Below, piece by piece: positions 13,096 through 26,899 of a DNA stretch of 64,000 nt; positions within the stretch are counted from its first letter, which is position 1, and each line of letters begins with the position of its first letter. This DNA is from Podarcis liolepis (lineage: Eukaryota), in NCBI GenBank assembly GCA_965112155.1, contig OZ218108.1; one strand, given 5' to 3'. The translations under genes and the position numbers were made by a program. The notes under the pieces were generated by a model. That model saw only the letters and a program-made list of their open reading frames with translations, was not told the origin of the DNA and searched no databases.

Positions 13096-13335
13096 GGATT
13101 CTACCTGTCTGACATTACCTTGGAGGTAGCTGCAAGGGTGGCTGAGTTTCTGTCAATAGTATCTCTTACAGTGGTGAATGGCACGGTTTAGCAGGAAGAC
13201 ACGCCAATGAAAATTTCTGTTACTATATATCTTATATGGCTGTTTCTTTGTATATGTTTTAAACTTTTTGTATATGGATGTTTTAAGATGGTCTATATCT
13301 GTAATGCCTAATAAAGGTTTGGAGAAAGAAAGATA
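13096..13335 (+). mobile_element. LINE 3' end (RTE-X/Tx1-like; same family as 27103-27340)
   Basis: GFYLSDITLEVAARVAEFLSIV..* followed by an AT-rich UTR and GCCTAATAAAGGTTTG. Confidence 0.65.
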
Positions 13336-15502
13336 AGGGAAGGTATGCAAGTGACAAGGCAGAATGGAAAGTTCTTTGTGGTCCTGGGGAAACCACCCAA
13401 GTAGTAAAATCAATAACCTTCTGTTTAATATTGCTGTTTATTTTCTCTATCTGAAATGCCAATTGCCAAACATATTATAGAAATATTTTGATTGATAACT
13501 ATCACAGGTTTTTGTGTCAGATCCACAGAGGTGTTTTGTTTTCTAAATAAGTATTCGGTAGGTTGCCATTCAACTGTTTTCTGAGCAGCTATTCTCCACA
13601 AATTATTTAAATGCTCTTTATTTTAAAAGCTGCCTTGACAAGTACACCATAACAATTCACCTCACCCTTGACCTGCAGTGTGTACATCATCTTGTCAACA
13701 TATAAACAAACACATGATGGGTCATATTTTAATAGATTTTGTAAATATCAGGATCCAATTTATCAAGTGGTTCACCAAAGTGACAGCTGTGGCAGCTGCT
13801 GAATAATAGCTGCACAGTTCATTCACACTGTTATTTCAATGGGAATATAGTAATAAAAAGAACAATTTACTACTGCTTTAATAAAGGCATTGCAATTTTT
13901 TATTCTGATACTGGTACCGAAGGTCAACTATTACTAGCCAAATATATATGTACACACAACATTAACAAGGAACTTAATTCTAGGTAGAAACCTTGGACTC
14001 GAACTGATTAATTAATTCCCCCCCCCAAATCCAAATGTGATGTTACATAAAGGAATTTGTAGGTACAGAAATACAAGATCCACCCCTTAAAATTTCTTCA
14101 AGCTGATTTGTTACCATTTGGGTTGCACTGGTAGAGTTTTGGAGAATTTGCTTTTTAACATTTTAATTGTGATATTATTGATTTTAATACACATCAATCT
14201 TGCCATATTGACTTATGGACCCCAGAATTCCTCTCCCTATTATAAACAGTTATGTATTTAATATGGAACCTATATTATTTCCATGTAACACAACTTAAAT
14301 ATGTTCTAAAGGGTACATATGTATTATCCATAGAGACTGATCCCAAAATCATGGACCTTTATCACTTAACCTAAGGAATAATCCCTTTAGCAGATAGCTG
14401 CAGAACTATCTTATCTTTCCTCTAGGCCATTAAGAGAGTTACACACATTTAAATTTACAACTCCACCATTATTTATATACTATTCCCTGTTTTAGAGTTT
14501 GGTGAGATTAGAATGTTATTTATATATAACGAGATATGGAGTGGTGGGATGTTATATATTATTCCATCAACTAGTCTTTAAAATAATGTGATAAAACGAA
14601 ATCAAATTACATGTTCTTTACCATAAGGAGGCAATTAGAGCAGAATAGAATTCTTAAGTGGATAAATAAATAAATAAATTTTAGCTGATTTAAATATTTT
14701 ATCCAAATTGTTAGATACATGCTGTGAATTCTATTACAGAGCTACAAGTACCTGAAGATTGGATAAGATCTGCCCAGACTTGTTTATAAAATAATTTTTG
14801 CTATACTCTAACTGATTCCACATTCTGAAATATTTCACATTTTTCATTTAAATCGTGATCAAAAGTGAGTTTTCAATTATCAAAAGCGATAGTGACATTC
14901 CAATGCGTTAATTTTTCTTAAAGCATGATCAACAAAAAACCGTCAACAACAAACTTCAAGAAATGTAATCAAGTCATTTTTTATTATGATTACTACCCTA
15001 CAGTAAAGCTCTTCATAAAACTGTAAGCTCCTTCTCAGTAAAATACAATTAGGATACTGGGAAACTGACACAGTTAAGTCAAAACAAAACTGAAGCCAAA
15101 ACAGGCTTCCAAGTCTTGTCTTCCTTTCTCAGTGCTCTGCCAAGTAAACCACAAGTGAGACATTATTCAGATTTGTACATAATACAGTGAGTTGTTCACA
15201 TATCAAAATATGTTGCCTCTGTTTTGAAGGAACCAAGAATAAAATAGTATTTTTCCTAATTAGCTGCTGTAAATTACTAGTATCAAATGCAACATAAATG
15301 TGTGGGTGGGCATGTTATCTTTCGAATAAAGTCTTAGAAAATTACAAAAAACAAAATTAACAGGCATCACTACATTTACGTGTGCCAGGTACACGGAAAT
15401 GGGGAACACCTGGTCAACCAAGTCCTTCTGTTCCTCTGGTTCGCAAGAGCCGGAGGTGTGGCAGAGATGGCACAGTTGATGAATGTGCTCTTGCATAGTT
15501 GA

Positions 15503-15647
15503 TGGGCCACCTAGCTCAGTATGGCTGACTGATGGGCAGATTTTAGGCAGACATCTCTCTCAGCCCGATTTGGACATGCCAGGGATTGAACCTGGAGTCT
15601 TCTGCATGCAAAGTAGAGGTTCTACCACTGAGCCATGGCCCTTCCCC
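15503..15647 (-). mobile_element. tRNA-Ala-like SINE
   Basis: Minus strand GGGGAAGGGCCATGGCTCAGTGGTAGAA..TTTGCATGCAGAAG..GGTTCAATCCCTGGCA with A and B boxes. Confidence 0.7.
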
Positions 15648-18357
15648 ACTTAACAGCACAAGCATATACATGCCTACTCAGAAGTAAGACCCAGTGAATT
15701 CAATGGTGCTTACTCACAGGGAAGTGGGTACAGAACGCCAGCCTATGCAGACCTTGCATAGTTTTTGGTTTTATTGTTTCCCAATATATGCACTGTTCAA
15801 TGCAATGCACTTCTGCTTTTCAGTGGTAATATAAAGCTCTGTGAGAATCTGAATTAATATCTAAATCTTAAGAACTGCACAATGCGTGTAAGTTACTATG
15901 AAGTGCCTAGCAGAAGTCAATGGAAATAGCTAAAGGCTCAGCACAAGGAAAGGGGCACTGGTTCTATATAAGATCAGGCCATATCCATATACTATTTATA
16001 TCTTTCATGTGCAGCGGAGAAAGATAATCCTATTGATCAGAAGCTGGTACTGCCATTGATTGTTTTAAACAGTGTGGTTACTAGGACTTTGGGAATCAAT
16101 TTCTTGACACAGTATCCAATTTCCAACATTCATTAATCATATGGATTTATCAAATTTAAATGGCAACTTGACCATATGTGGGTGAGTTCAGGCATATGTG
16201 CACACGGGTCACTGCCATCTATTGGACAAAATACAAAACTGTGTTGCGTATTGGATAACCATGAATTCTCTTATGGTTATTGAACAAGTCAATCATCTGC
16301 TGTATACTAAAACTCCCACTGACTTTGGTGGATCTGCCATGCAGCAAATGTAATTCCACCTGGCCTGGTGCCATAATTAGTCTTATAGCCGTACCTGCAT
16401 GGCTGAAGAAGCAGACACTTTTATGACTGCATGTGCAAATGTTAAAGACTTCAACTATTCCTAGTACCACTCAAACTACCGTACTAAAAATTGCAACCCA
16501 ATTTACAGCTACAACAGTAGAATTAACATAATAATGGGGGCATCATTGCTTGCTTTAAAAGCAATGGTAGGAAAATAAAGAGATACAAAATGGAAAACAA
16601 AAATTAAAAGAGGATCGTTAAAATTCCAACAGAGGTGTACCCCCAGGTCTGTACTACGTTATTTGAAGCAAATCTCATTGGTTTCAACTGAACTGTTCCC
16701 AAGTTTCAGGAAATGGAAATAGAAAGACTGAAGAACAGGGGAGGGGGGAACTCTATATTGGTGAGCAATGTGTTTGGGAGGTGCATTATGTATGCCAATA
16801 AATCCCAGTTAAAAAAAAGTTCTACCCCCCAAACTTTGTGTTAAAAGAAGATCAATTTTAATGGCAGGAACAACCTATGCTCAAATATACTCAACAAACT
16901 GCAACATGAAATCTCTATCCCAAATGTAATTATCTCCACGTTCTGCAAATGATTCATATGAAGAGGAGTAGGACAAACTTTAGGATAGCTCCTTTGGTCA
17001 CAACAGCTTCTCCATTCACTCTAATGGAGGAAGAATGTGCACATGGAATTGCTCTTAGACTGAACAAGGGACATGAAAGCCACAGAAGCATATATACTAC
17101 AGGACCATATATTCAGAAAAACACACAATATCTCTGGATCAGGTTTGGACAATACATTTAAGACTGGAAAGCACGAAAGCAATAGTGTCAACCCTTATCT
17201 GATAACAGAACTTAAGTTACTCAATTTCTATCTGATATGACAGTATATATCTTTCTGTGACACTCATGTGGGTAGCACTTACAGAAAGAGAGTCATGGGT
17301 AAAAAAGCACACAGAGTGTTATGATGCTTCCAGAAGCTGAAGCTTCACAGCCTGATTCTAAACACCAGAGTCAGAGACTTCTGTGCATGACCTCCCTAAA
17401 TAATGTAAACCTGGATCGGTTTCTCCATTAACATCTGATGGGGATATTCCATGTGAACACAGAAGCTTCACCTGTATGAAATATTCAGGACTGAGACAAC
17501 CAAGTGGAACTTCTTTGATCAGAAGTTATGTACTCAGATCAGAATTGCCTCTTTCGTATGTTATTTCTGTTTTCAAAAAAAAGAAGCTGAAATACAAATT
17601 AATCTTCTTTATTGTGCCGTAATTTTTAATTGCCATTTACACATAGCTGGAGCATTTTATATGCATTTCCATCTTTTAAAAAAAAAACACTTTAGAGGGC
17701 CCAATATCTTAGTAAACATTCTAAGTGGCTAATTAAATATCATCTGCTATTCTGAACCTGGTTTGTTGGAGATGAACACAAGATGTGGCCAAGATATAAA
17801 ACAACCTTCCTGTTATGAAAACTTTTCAACATTATCAAAACCATGTTTAGAGAATTAGCTCTCATCCATCATTCTTTAAAATACAAATTTGATAATACCT
17901 GCATGAGTCATTCTTCTGAAGGTGACATAATTCAAATTGAATTAACTGCTAAAATGATGAACTTTTTAAAAAATTGAGGCCTTATGTTATGTGCTGTCAT
18001 GACACCGGTTAAAGATTTCATCAGCATCAGGGAGAGAAGGGGGATGTTTAAAAGTAAAATTTGGACAAAATAACGTGTTTCCTTTGAAACACACTATTTG
18101 CATCCACAAACTTTAGTGAAACGTTTTTTGCAATATAATTAAGCCGCCTTAGATACAGTGTTTTCAAGAGCAATGCATTAAGCAATGTGAAACTTGTAAA
18201 AAGATAGAGTACTAAAGCTCAATGCTCTACCAATTTCACCAGCAAGTCACAGATTTTGAAAATTAAGCACATGAGAAGTGTCAAGAGAAAAAGCTAAGGT
18301 GGCTCAAGCAGTGCAGAAAAATTCATCTCCATATCCTGAAAGGATCTCTCTCTAGAT

Positions 18358-18470
18358 CAAGAGTGGGGAACCTGTGACCCTTCCGATGTTGATTGACTAC
18401 AACTCCATCAGCCACAGCTAAGCAGAGCACAATGGGAGTCAGGAGTTCAGGAACATCTCAAGGGATTAAG
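18358..18470. mobile_element. Degraded hAT MITE of the same class
   Basis: GTGGGGAACCTGTG..GACTACAACTCCATCAGCC..GGAGTT..AACATCT. Confidence 0.55.
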
Positions 18471-20534
18471 GGACCTCCTCAAGACACGGATCTGCCTCGG
18501 TGGCCCCCTGAAGCCACTGCCAAAAATTCTATGGCCTGTCAGCTCTCACACTTAGCTTCTGGACAGAGTCTTCCCAATAGATCCCTCTAACAGGATACCT
18601 GTTTGAGTTAGGGATGATGAACCATTTCATCCTGACCTGTTATTAGTTTGGGTGCAGCTGTCCTTTATAGCCAGGCCCTCTAGCCCCTTATTAGCCAATT
18701 TGCAATCAAGCAGATAGTGGGCTATACCACCCTCCCTTGTGGCCAGCTGGGGGGATTCCCCAAATGCTGGTCACGTGATGGGAAGGTCTTTTGCTCTGTG
18801 GAGCCAAGGGACTGCCACAATGGGCCACAACTGCAGCTCACCTGGAGACTGGGTAAGCGCCCATTCCAGATCGCAGCATCATCCTGTACAAGAATTTTGC
18901 CTAAACCACAGCTGCAAGAGTGGTCCAAATCATGACTATAAGGTGATTGGAGTCTGGCTCATATTCATTTACTGCCTGCCACATGTGTCTGAAAATATTT
19001 TTTTTTTTCAGAAAAAGCCTGACTTTATGTTTGATATTTAAAAACTGTTTCCACCCAAAAATATTATTGTGCACACATCTGATTTTTCATATTTAAAGGA
19101 AAATTGTGGTTTTGTGGTTAATGCCTATGCAGTTAGATGATTTATTTTACTGGTTCTGAAATAGGGAACTTAACTCAAGAACATATTCACTTTGTGACAT
19201 AACATCCTTATTATGTCTTCTCGGGAAAAATTGACTGAGATCAAGTTACCATACAGTATATCTATTGGTTAATTAGAACTTTAGGAAGAAACAAATAAAA
19301 CACTTTATTGACTTTTATATCTTTAATCAAATAAATATTTACTACTGCAATTTACAAAAATTATTTACCTCTCAATAACAGGCTGCAAAGAGAATATTCA
19401 GTACAGATGGTATCGAATGTCTAAGACTGTAAGCAAGCAAATTAAGGGTGAAAGAAAAAAAGCTTTCTAGCTATCTTGACTAGTCTATAAATAGCATGTG
19501 AGCCTTCTTTAAAGATGTGTGATCTCTTACATTAAGAGACTTATTTCAGTGCATGATTGACCTTGAGATGGAGAGAAGTGCAATAGTAGAGAGGCATCCT
19601 ATTTTAGTGAACAATGAATATAGATATTCAAGTACATGCCTCTTGTCAATGATCATTGTTGGAATCTGCCTATGCCACACTGGGACAATCAATTTTGTAA
19701 ATGGTTGCAATAATCAAGGAAATTGCCTAATTTATAAATCCTTGCATACAGCATTTTAATGGATTCTTACATTTTAATGCTGATGCCATCAAAGCTAAAT
19801 GAATTGTTGTCCAAGCTGTCATTGCACAAAATGATAAAAACATTCAGTCTTGTTAGTTACTACATCTCATGGATATTCAAACCCTCAGAATGTAATCACT
19901 CATTAGTGACTTTCATGATAGTCTTCCATTACAGAATAGCAGGATGAAGAGTCACAGTTTCCTTCCAAATGAAGCTTAGACCAAATCAGTGAATCAAATT
20001 ACAGGCTTTGAGTGTATCACTTAATAGATGAAAATTATTAAGCTTTACTGATGCAAGATAAAAACCATCATATATTTTCTCTGGCAGTGCTGTATCTGTT
20101 TTCCTTCACCCTTCTTCAGCCATGTACTAAATTAGGAGGAGAAGAAAAAGTGGAAGGAGTACAGGGAGGAAATATAACAGCCAAGCTATGAACTGTTTCC
20201 CCATCACAAACAGGTGATGGTGCTATTATAAAAGCTCAGTAAACAGGGTTTCTAGATAAAAATACAAAAATCTAAGAGGCACCGTGGAGCTACACTATGG
20301 CATTTGTCCTACAGATCTGATATATTCTGGCACCCACATTTTATGTTCTGCAAAGCTGCAATACCATGGAATGAGAAGATTTCCCTTGAAATAAGACAAA
20401 AACTGTAAAGTAGGTTACAGCTGATGGTACCCTTTGTATTGCCAATATGTAAATCTGCTATGGAACTCTCACTACATATTTAGACATGGTTATACGTAGA
20501 TTGCTATTCTCAGTTAAATCTTAAGCAATTGATT

Positions 20535-20825
20535 TCAGCCAATGGTGGGCTGTCAGTACTTTACTTACTGCTCAATCTCACTAACCTGACATTTATGGTG
20601 TACTGATTGGCCTCTGTCAGTGGTGGTGGTTGTAAATTCACTTTGAAAAGCTTTGTGTTAACAGCCTTCAACCAGGCTCTGAGAAGGGTATGAGCAGGCA
20701 GGCTGACAATTGCTCGACCTTCTGCCCCTATTACAGTGAGTAAATCAGGCTTTGAGCTATTAAGCTGGAGCCTGAGGCCTACACAAAAAGGATTGACATG
20801 ACTAAAGGTCAACCTCTGTCACACA
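20535..20825. promoter_or_regulatory. Candidate intronic enhancer (MEIS/PBX/HOX motif cluster)
   Basis: Six TGACA/TGTCA sites in 270 bp plus TGATTTAC, TTTATGG, two CCAAT, CTTTGAA and AAAGGTCA; no recognisable repeat. Confidence 0.5.
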
Positions 20826-20929
20826 TGTGTAACAATTTGGATAATGGAATTCTGTAACTTATCGGGGGGATGGGAGGTGGCATTGGCTTAGAAGCAAAGC
20901 AAATATTGGACTATATTTCTATGTGTGCA

Positions 20930-20932
<3 letters not shown>

Positions 20933-20963
<31 letters not shown>
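20933..20963. repeat. (GT)n microsatellite
   Basis: Uninterrupted GT run. Confidence 0.95.
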
Positions 20964-20966
<3 letters not shown>

Positions 20967-21459
20967 GTTGTTCTGCAAGAGCATATGCATTCAAATTCAC
21001 CACGCAAGAAATATCTGCAGGCCATAAAATTCCACGATGTAAAAGTGGATAACAAATGAGCAAGAAAACTCTCTGAAATGTTTCCAGCATGGCAGGTTTT
21101 ATATGGCATTTCAGGACAATAATCAGGTTTTTATCACCATATTGCATCAATATCATACTGACATCAGATGTGCACTCTATTTTAGGCATTAATACATCTT
21201 ATTAAAGTGCCGCCTTTAGTCTTTCAGATGAAATCAAAAAAATTCAATGAGGTATTTGGGGGTGGGGGATAAGTCTATGCTTTTGAAGCCAGGTTTTATT
21301 CAGTATAAAGACTCATATTTATAAGCAATAATATTTTGCAGAACAACATTGTTTCAAGACTTTAAAAGAGATATGCCAAAAAGAGAATCGTATATAAATG
21401 AGAGGAGTCATGGGCTGCTGAAATACTGATTATAATTTTGGGATGACAGTTCACCTATA

Positions 21460-21685
21460 CAGTGGTACCTTGGGTTACAGACGCTTCAGGTTACAGACTC
21501 CGCTAACCCAGAAATAGTACCTCGGGTTAAGAACTTTGCTTCAGGGTAAGAACAGAAATCGCACAATGGCAGCACAGTGGCAGCGGGAGGCCCCATTAGC
21601 TAAAGTGGTACCTCAGGTTAAGAACAGTTTCAGGTTAAGAACGGACCTCCAGAACGAATTAAGTTCTTAACCCGAGGTACCACTG
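21460..21685 (+). mobile_element. Tc1/mariner MITE, family A copy 2
   Basis: Same TIRs (one mismatch), TA TSD, homologous interior. Confidence 0.9.
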
Positions 21686-23073
21686 TATGACATACAGAAT
21701 TGTATATTAGCATTGCAGTACCCATATAAGTAAAACATGCTTGTTCGAAAAATGGGATTTCAATGAAGAAATAAATTATTTATTTTGGAAATAGATTTTA
21801 GGGGGACTCAATCTTGCTTCTGTTTACATGACTGATGCAAGATCACCCACTGGTTAGAATGAAAAATGAAAGAGATCCACAGTTGTATTATATATTTCAA
21901 CTGTTAAAAGAATGCAATTAGATGTTTGATAGAGATGAAACTGAAGTAAAAATAAAGTGAATATAAATTAGTACTGTCTCTTTCAGATACAGAGGCAGTG
22001 CATTATCTCTGAAAATAACTTTACTTATTTCAAATAAAATACCTTATATTTTAAATCACATTAATATCCAATTAAAACACAAATATAAATTTATGTATCA
22101 ATGCTTTCTTTTTCATTTAAATTCAACATTAAGCTTAATTAAATAGAATTCTCTTATACACACATTTTATCCAAACAAAGGTGGTCCATATGTTGCAGCA
22201 AACTGGACTGGACCCTGCACATGGAGTACTGAGCATATGGCTGATATAGTAAACTTTCTCAAAGCTGATCTCTGGTAACAGGAGTGGGGCCGGTCCATTC
22301 CTCTGCAATGAGTGACCATTGTTGGTACAGTTGACAGTGTCAAGCATCTTTTAAGTAACTGGGTGTGTGCAGATGTATGCACAAAGTGATGCGCTGTTCA
22401 TGGATACATGTATATTTCTGGACTAGAACCAGAAATATGGTTAACTCAAACTGCATGCTAACAACAAACAAACATACACAAACAAGTGAAACAGGCAATC
22501 CTTTACAGGCTTACTTGGGAACTGCAAGTCCCATTCAACACATTGGGCTTGCAGTCTAGCTTTCCCTACACATATTGAACTGTTTACAAAGATTGAGCAG
22601 GACCTTCCCTCTCCCCTCTGCAGTCCCTTGTGCCCCTAAAAATCTGCTCCTTGGTGATACAGATCAATGAAAAATGATGTGGAATGTGGGAGACAGGACT
22701 GACAATGGAGGGTTGTTGGTAAAAATCACATCCTCCTTTACATGAACCAAGCAGCAACTTAGGATCCAAGCCAGTAAGAGTTACTTCTGAGTAAACATGC
22801 ATAAAATTGCACTATTAATAAGATAGGGGTCATTTAGTAGCAGATAAGCAAGAGAACTACAATACTCATCGTAGCTAGTCAACAGAATTCCAACAATCCC
22901 TAAAATGGTTGTGGAGCAAACCGCGTTACAGAAATTTACTTCTACACTTACTTTCCTGCAGAGACGTTGAACGGGAAATGGTACTTTGGCTGAAATCCTA
23001 TATGCATTTTCTTGGGAATAAACCCCACTGAATTCTGTGAGACTTACTTCTGAGTAAACAGTGTTAAGACTAT

Positions 23074-23426
23074 AAAAGGTAAAGGTACCCCTGCCCGAAC
23101 GGGCCAGTCTTGACAGACTCTGGGGTTTGTGCGCCCATCTCACTCAAGAGGCCGGGGGCCAGCGCTGTCCGGAGACACTTCCGGGTCACGTGGCCAGCGT
23201 GACAAAGCTGCATCTGGCGAGCCAGCGCAGCATACGGAACGCTGTTTACCTTCCCGCTGGTAAGCAGTACCTATTTATCTACTTGCACCCAGGGGTGCTT
23301 TCGAACTGCTAGGTTGGCAGGCGCTGGGACCGAGCAGCGGGAGCGCACCCCGCCGCGGGGATTCGAACCGCCGGCCTTTCGATCGGCAAGCCCTAGGCGC
23401 TGAGGCTTTTACCCACAGTGCCACCC
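23074..23426 (-). mobile_element. Sauria SINE, near full length, CpG-rich (young)
   Basis: Reverse-complement homolog of 12730-13070: AAAGGTAAAGG tail, GTACCTATTTATCTAC core, GGATTCGAACC B box. Confidence 0.9.
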
Positions 23427-24194
23427 AGATTAGACCAAATTTGCATCCCAACTGTAACTAATTTCCCAACAAGTTAGAGAACAGAAATGTTTCTAGCAGA
23501 ATCAGTTTTACAATCTACATAAAAGTCCAAAATACTCAGACTTTTTTTTAAAAATGTAATAAAAGAGGAGTCTCGTGTAAGACTATATTTTCCCACTATA
23601 TTAGGCATAAAGTATAGCTCTTTTACTCTCCATATTGAGAACTGTAATGATAACATTACTAAGGTTTATTTTCAGGGCAAAATTATTTGAATTTCATGAA
23701 CATGACATATTTGAAACAGAGCTGACAAGCAGTCTAGAATTTTAGATGATGGATTGCTGAGAAACATAATTTTCATCTTAATAAAGCTATGGTTTGCACA
23801 TAATTTTATCCCCTTGTGCTTTTCCTGCATCAAAAACCTAGACTTAAATGTAGCTTAGGGAATCCTGAGGCAAATCTATCAGTACAACTGGAACTTGCTC
23901 CTTACTAGGGAAAAAAGGTAAAGATTGTAGCTCTTTTTTGTATCCATGAGAAATGTGCCCTCAAATTTCCCATAAGCAGAGTCAAAATGTCTCGTGTAAA
24001 TGGACCCTTGGCCATTTTAATTACAGTACAGTCAAATGTGTAGGCTCCCCAGGATTTAAATGTCTTTTTATGACCCCTGCCTCAGCTGATCTTATTTCTA
24101 TTGTATTCAACTGCTTTCACTCATTAAGTGAGCGATGCACCCTAATCAAAATAAGGCACCTTCTCTTAATGTATAGAATGTGGATGAAGAAGCT

Positions 24195-24335
24195 GCTCAG
24201 CCAAGAAGCTCACTGGGTGACCCTGGGCCCGTCATAAGTCTTTCAGCCTGACCTACCACGCAGGGTTGTTGTGAGGATAAAATGGGGAGAAAGAGAAAGG
24301 TAGGATATTAATGTAATACATAAAAAATAAAATAT
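24195..24335 (+). mobile_element. Older 5'-truncated CORE-type SINE fragment
   Basis: CTGGGTGACCCTGGGCC..CAGCCTGACCTACC..CAGGGTTGTTGTGAGG is homologous to 61990-62070; A-rich tail. Confidence 0.65.
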
Positions 24336-24399
24336 GTATATATTTTAAGTGTAGTGGAGATAATGAGAACACAAATTTGTGTTCATGCTACTACTGATA

Positions 24400-24735
24400 C
24401 AGTGGTGCCCCGCAAAACGAATGCCTCGCAAGACGAAAAACCCGCTAGACGAAAGGGTTTCCGTCTTTCGATGCGCTTCGCAAGATGAATTTCCCTATGG
24501 GCTTGCTTCGCAAGACGAAAACGTCTTGCGAGTCTTGCGATTTTTTTCGCTTCCCCCCCTTTTTCTAAGCCGCTAAGCCGCTAATAGCCTTTTAGCCGCT
24601 AAGCCTCTAAGCCTTTAATAGCCGCTAAACCGCTAATAGCGCTAATCCGCTAATAGGGTTGCTTCGCAAGACGAAAAAACCGCTAGACGAAGAGACTCGC
24701 GGAACGGATTATGTTCGCCTTGCGAGGCACCACTG
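24400..24735. mobile_element. Tigger-like MITE, CpG-rich (young)
   Basis: TA|CAGTGGTGCCCCGCAA ... TTGCGAGGCACCACTG|TA; internal CGCAAGACGAA and GCCGCTAA repeats. Confidence 0.88.
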
Positions 24736-26899
24736 TATGCTTAAAATGTTCTCTGTGTCTCTTCCCCCCCCCCCAATAGTTGTTGGATAGGACTACAAGG
24801 GTCCGCCTTTAATAGTATTTAAGTTCCTTTGAAATTGAAAAGGTTTGTTAGTTGTGAAAACTAGCTTCACGGATTTCATCAGGGATTAAGCACAACTAAT
24901 TGTCTCAGGAATAATGAGAGCTCCCTCTGAATCTTAGATTCCAAGTGCCAGGTTAAGATCTTAAACACAATTCCATTGATTTAATTTCCATTTGGTTGGA
25001 CCCAGAGGCAGACAAGCGGAACTCTACTCACACAGCAGAGCTTTCCTGGCTGCCCCACCCACCTCCTGAGTTAAGGGACCCTTTGGGATTACATTTAAAG
25101 AGACGCATGGGAATGAAGTGCAACTAGGAAACTGGAATAATTCAGTGAAGCTGCCTTACACAAACGGAGGTGTACTTTCACGTAAGTCAACCCATCTGTG
25201 GAACCAAGCTATAAAATCTGAGACAGCCATGTAAAGGCATCTTTACTTTTTTTAGGTGACAAAACATACTATATAATCTTTTTAAAGAACATATCGGAAA
25301 ATAAACTCTTCCAGCATTCCAAATTATTGCTGCTGTTGTTATAATTACTAAAACTACTACAACAAGTTTCCTGGGAGCTGTACAAAGACTAAATATAACG
25401 TAGATCTTGACTGCAAACTTGCAATCTAATAAAGTGCCACACACTACAAAAGATTCTTAAATATCTCACAGAAAGGGAAAGCGTTAACGCATTTCTGGTG
25501 CACAAAGACTTAGGTGAACAATTTATGACCATAAAAATTAAGAGTCAATAGAATCTTATGCTTCCATAGATCTGTCAATGGAACTTCAGCAAACGTTTTC
25601 ATCTCTGTGCTCTAAACAGTTACAATTCCCTACCTCAATGTTGGGGGGGGGGGGCAAATTGCCATCCACAGCTTTCCAGACCTTTATTTTACTAAAACCT
25701 TAAAGTCTGAAAAACTTCAATAACAAGAACATTCAAGCCTTTAAAATGTCTGCATTATATTCCAATGGAATTTAAAGTGTGGCCTCTATGCATTCCTTAA
25801 GTCTAGTCTTATTACAATTTGATGTTAAACAGAAAGTGGAAACCTTACGCAACTAGATTAATTTTTCTCCTGGGAATAAAGACACATTAATAACTGAGAT
25901 AATCTTTTCATATATGTTGGAAGTGAGTGCAGTTTCACTTCTTTATTAGAAAACACATTAAGAGAAAATTATCTCATTCTCATCAATAAGCCCCAATTTC
26001 TTTTTTAAAAGGGTTGCTTTCTTTGCAACAAGGTTAGGAAAGAATTGTTTTCATTAACTCGGAATGAACAAACTCTAGAAATATTATTGAATTCGGATGG
26101 AATCAATTTATGTCTTAGAAAGAACAGTGTTTACTTGCTAAACCCAGCAATATTTTTTAGCTTTAAATAAATCAGTGTTTATTGTATTTTCATAACACAC
26201 AAGCAAATTCTGCATTGGTTAAAAAAATGGCCAAAAGGAAAAATTAAAGGAGTCACAAGTAAAATGATTCATATTTTTGGCTTTCAAAAGAGATGATCTT
26301 TTCTGTAAGCTATAAAAAGGACTTGGCTGATTGATAAAGAACTGTATAATTTCCCAATGAACACCCATAGGTGTCAGGCCATGTCGTGAGGTAATGGAAT
26401 GGTGTTTAATTTACTTCAAACTGCTGTACATTGAACTGTATGGATTACATACAAAGCAAACACTGAATGTGTGGCAGGAGCTCTAACACAGGCATGCCAA
26501 AAAATATGTCCAAAGTGTCCAACTATACATCAAATGCAATAATCCAGATGTTTGCCAAAGCAAAGCAAATAAAAGAGCACCACATCTGGACTGGTGTTTA
26601 ATTGTCTTTGAAATGGTCCTTCAATGTTTTTTATTCATGCTGGAAACTACTATGGGACCATTCAGAATCAGGATTTTCAGAGTGCATGAACAGCACTATG
26701 ATTAGGAAGCTGGATGCACATTTAGTGCGCCAATTATGTTGAACATCCTCATTCTGAGAATCTTAACGGATTTCGCTACAGAGCGGTTTGTATAGCATAA
26801 ATACAGCGGGGCTGCCGTTTTCTCCCCTCTGGTCTCTTCTACATGTACTGTATTGCAACAATGACCCTCATTTTTAAAATATAGCCTTTGATCTATTCT

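Noticed and set aside
13400-14580. Possible degraded L1 ORF2 on the minus strand
   Set aside because: Composition is suggestive but I could not read a diagnostic motif; needs RepeatMasker.
24400-24735. CRISPR-like or iteron-like short repeat array
   Set aside because: Eukaryotic context; repeats are irregularly spaced internal and subterminal repeats of a TA-flanked MITE.
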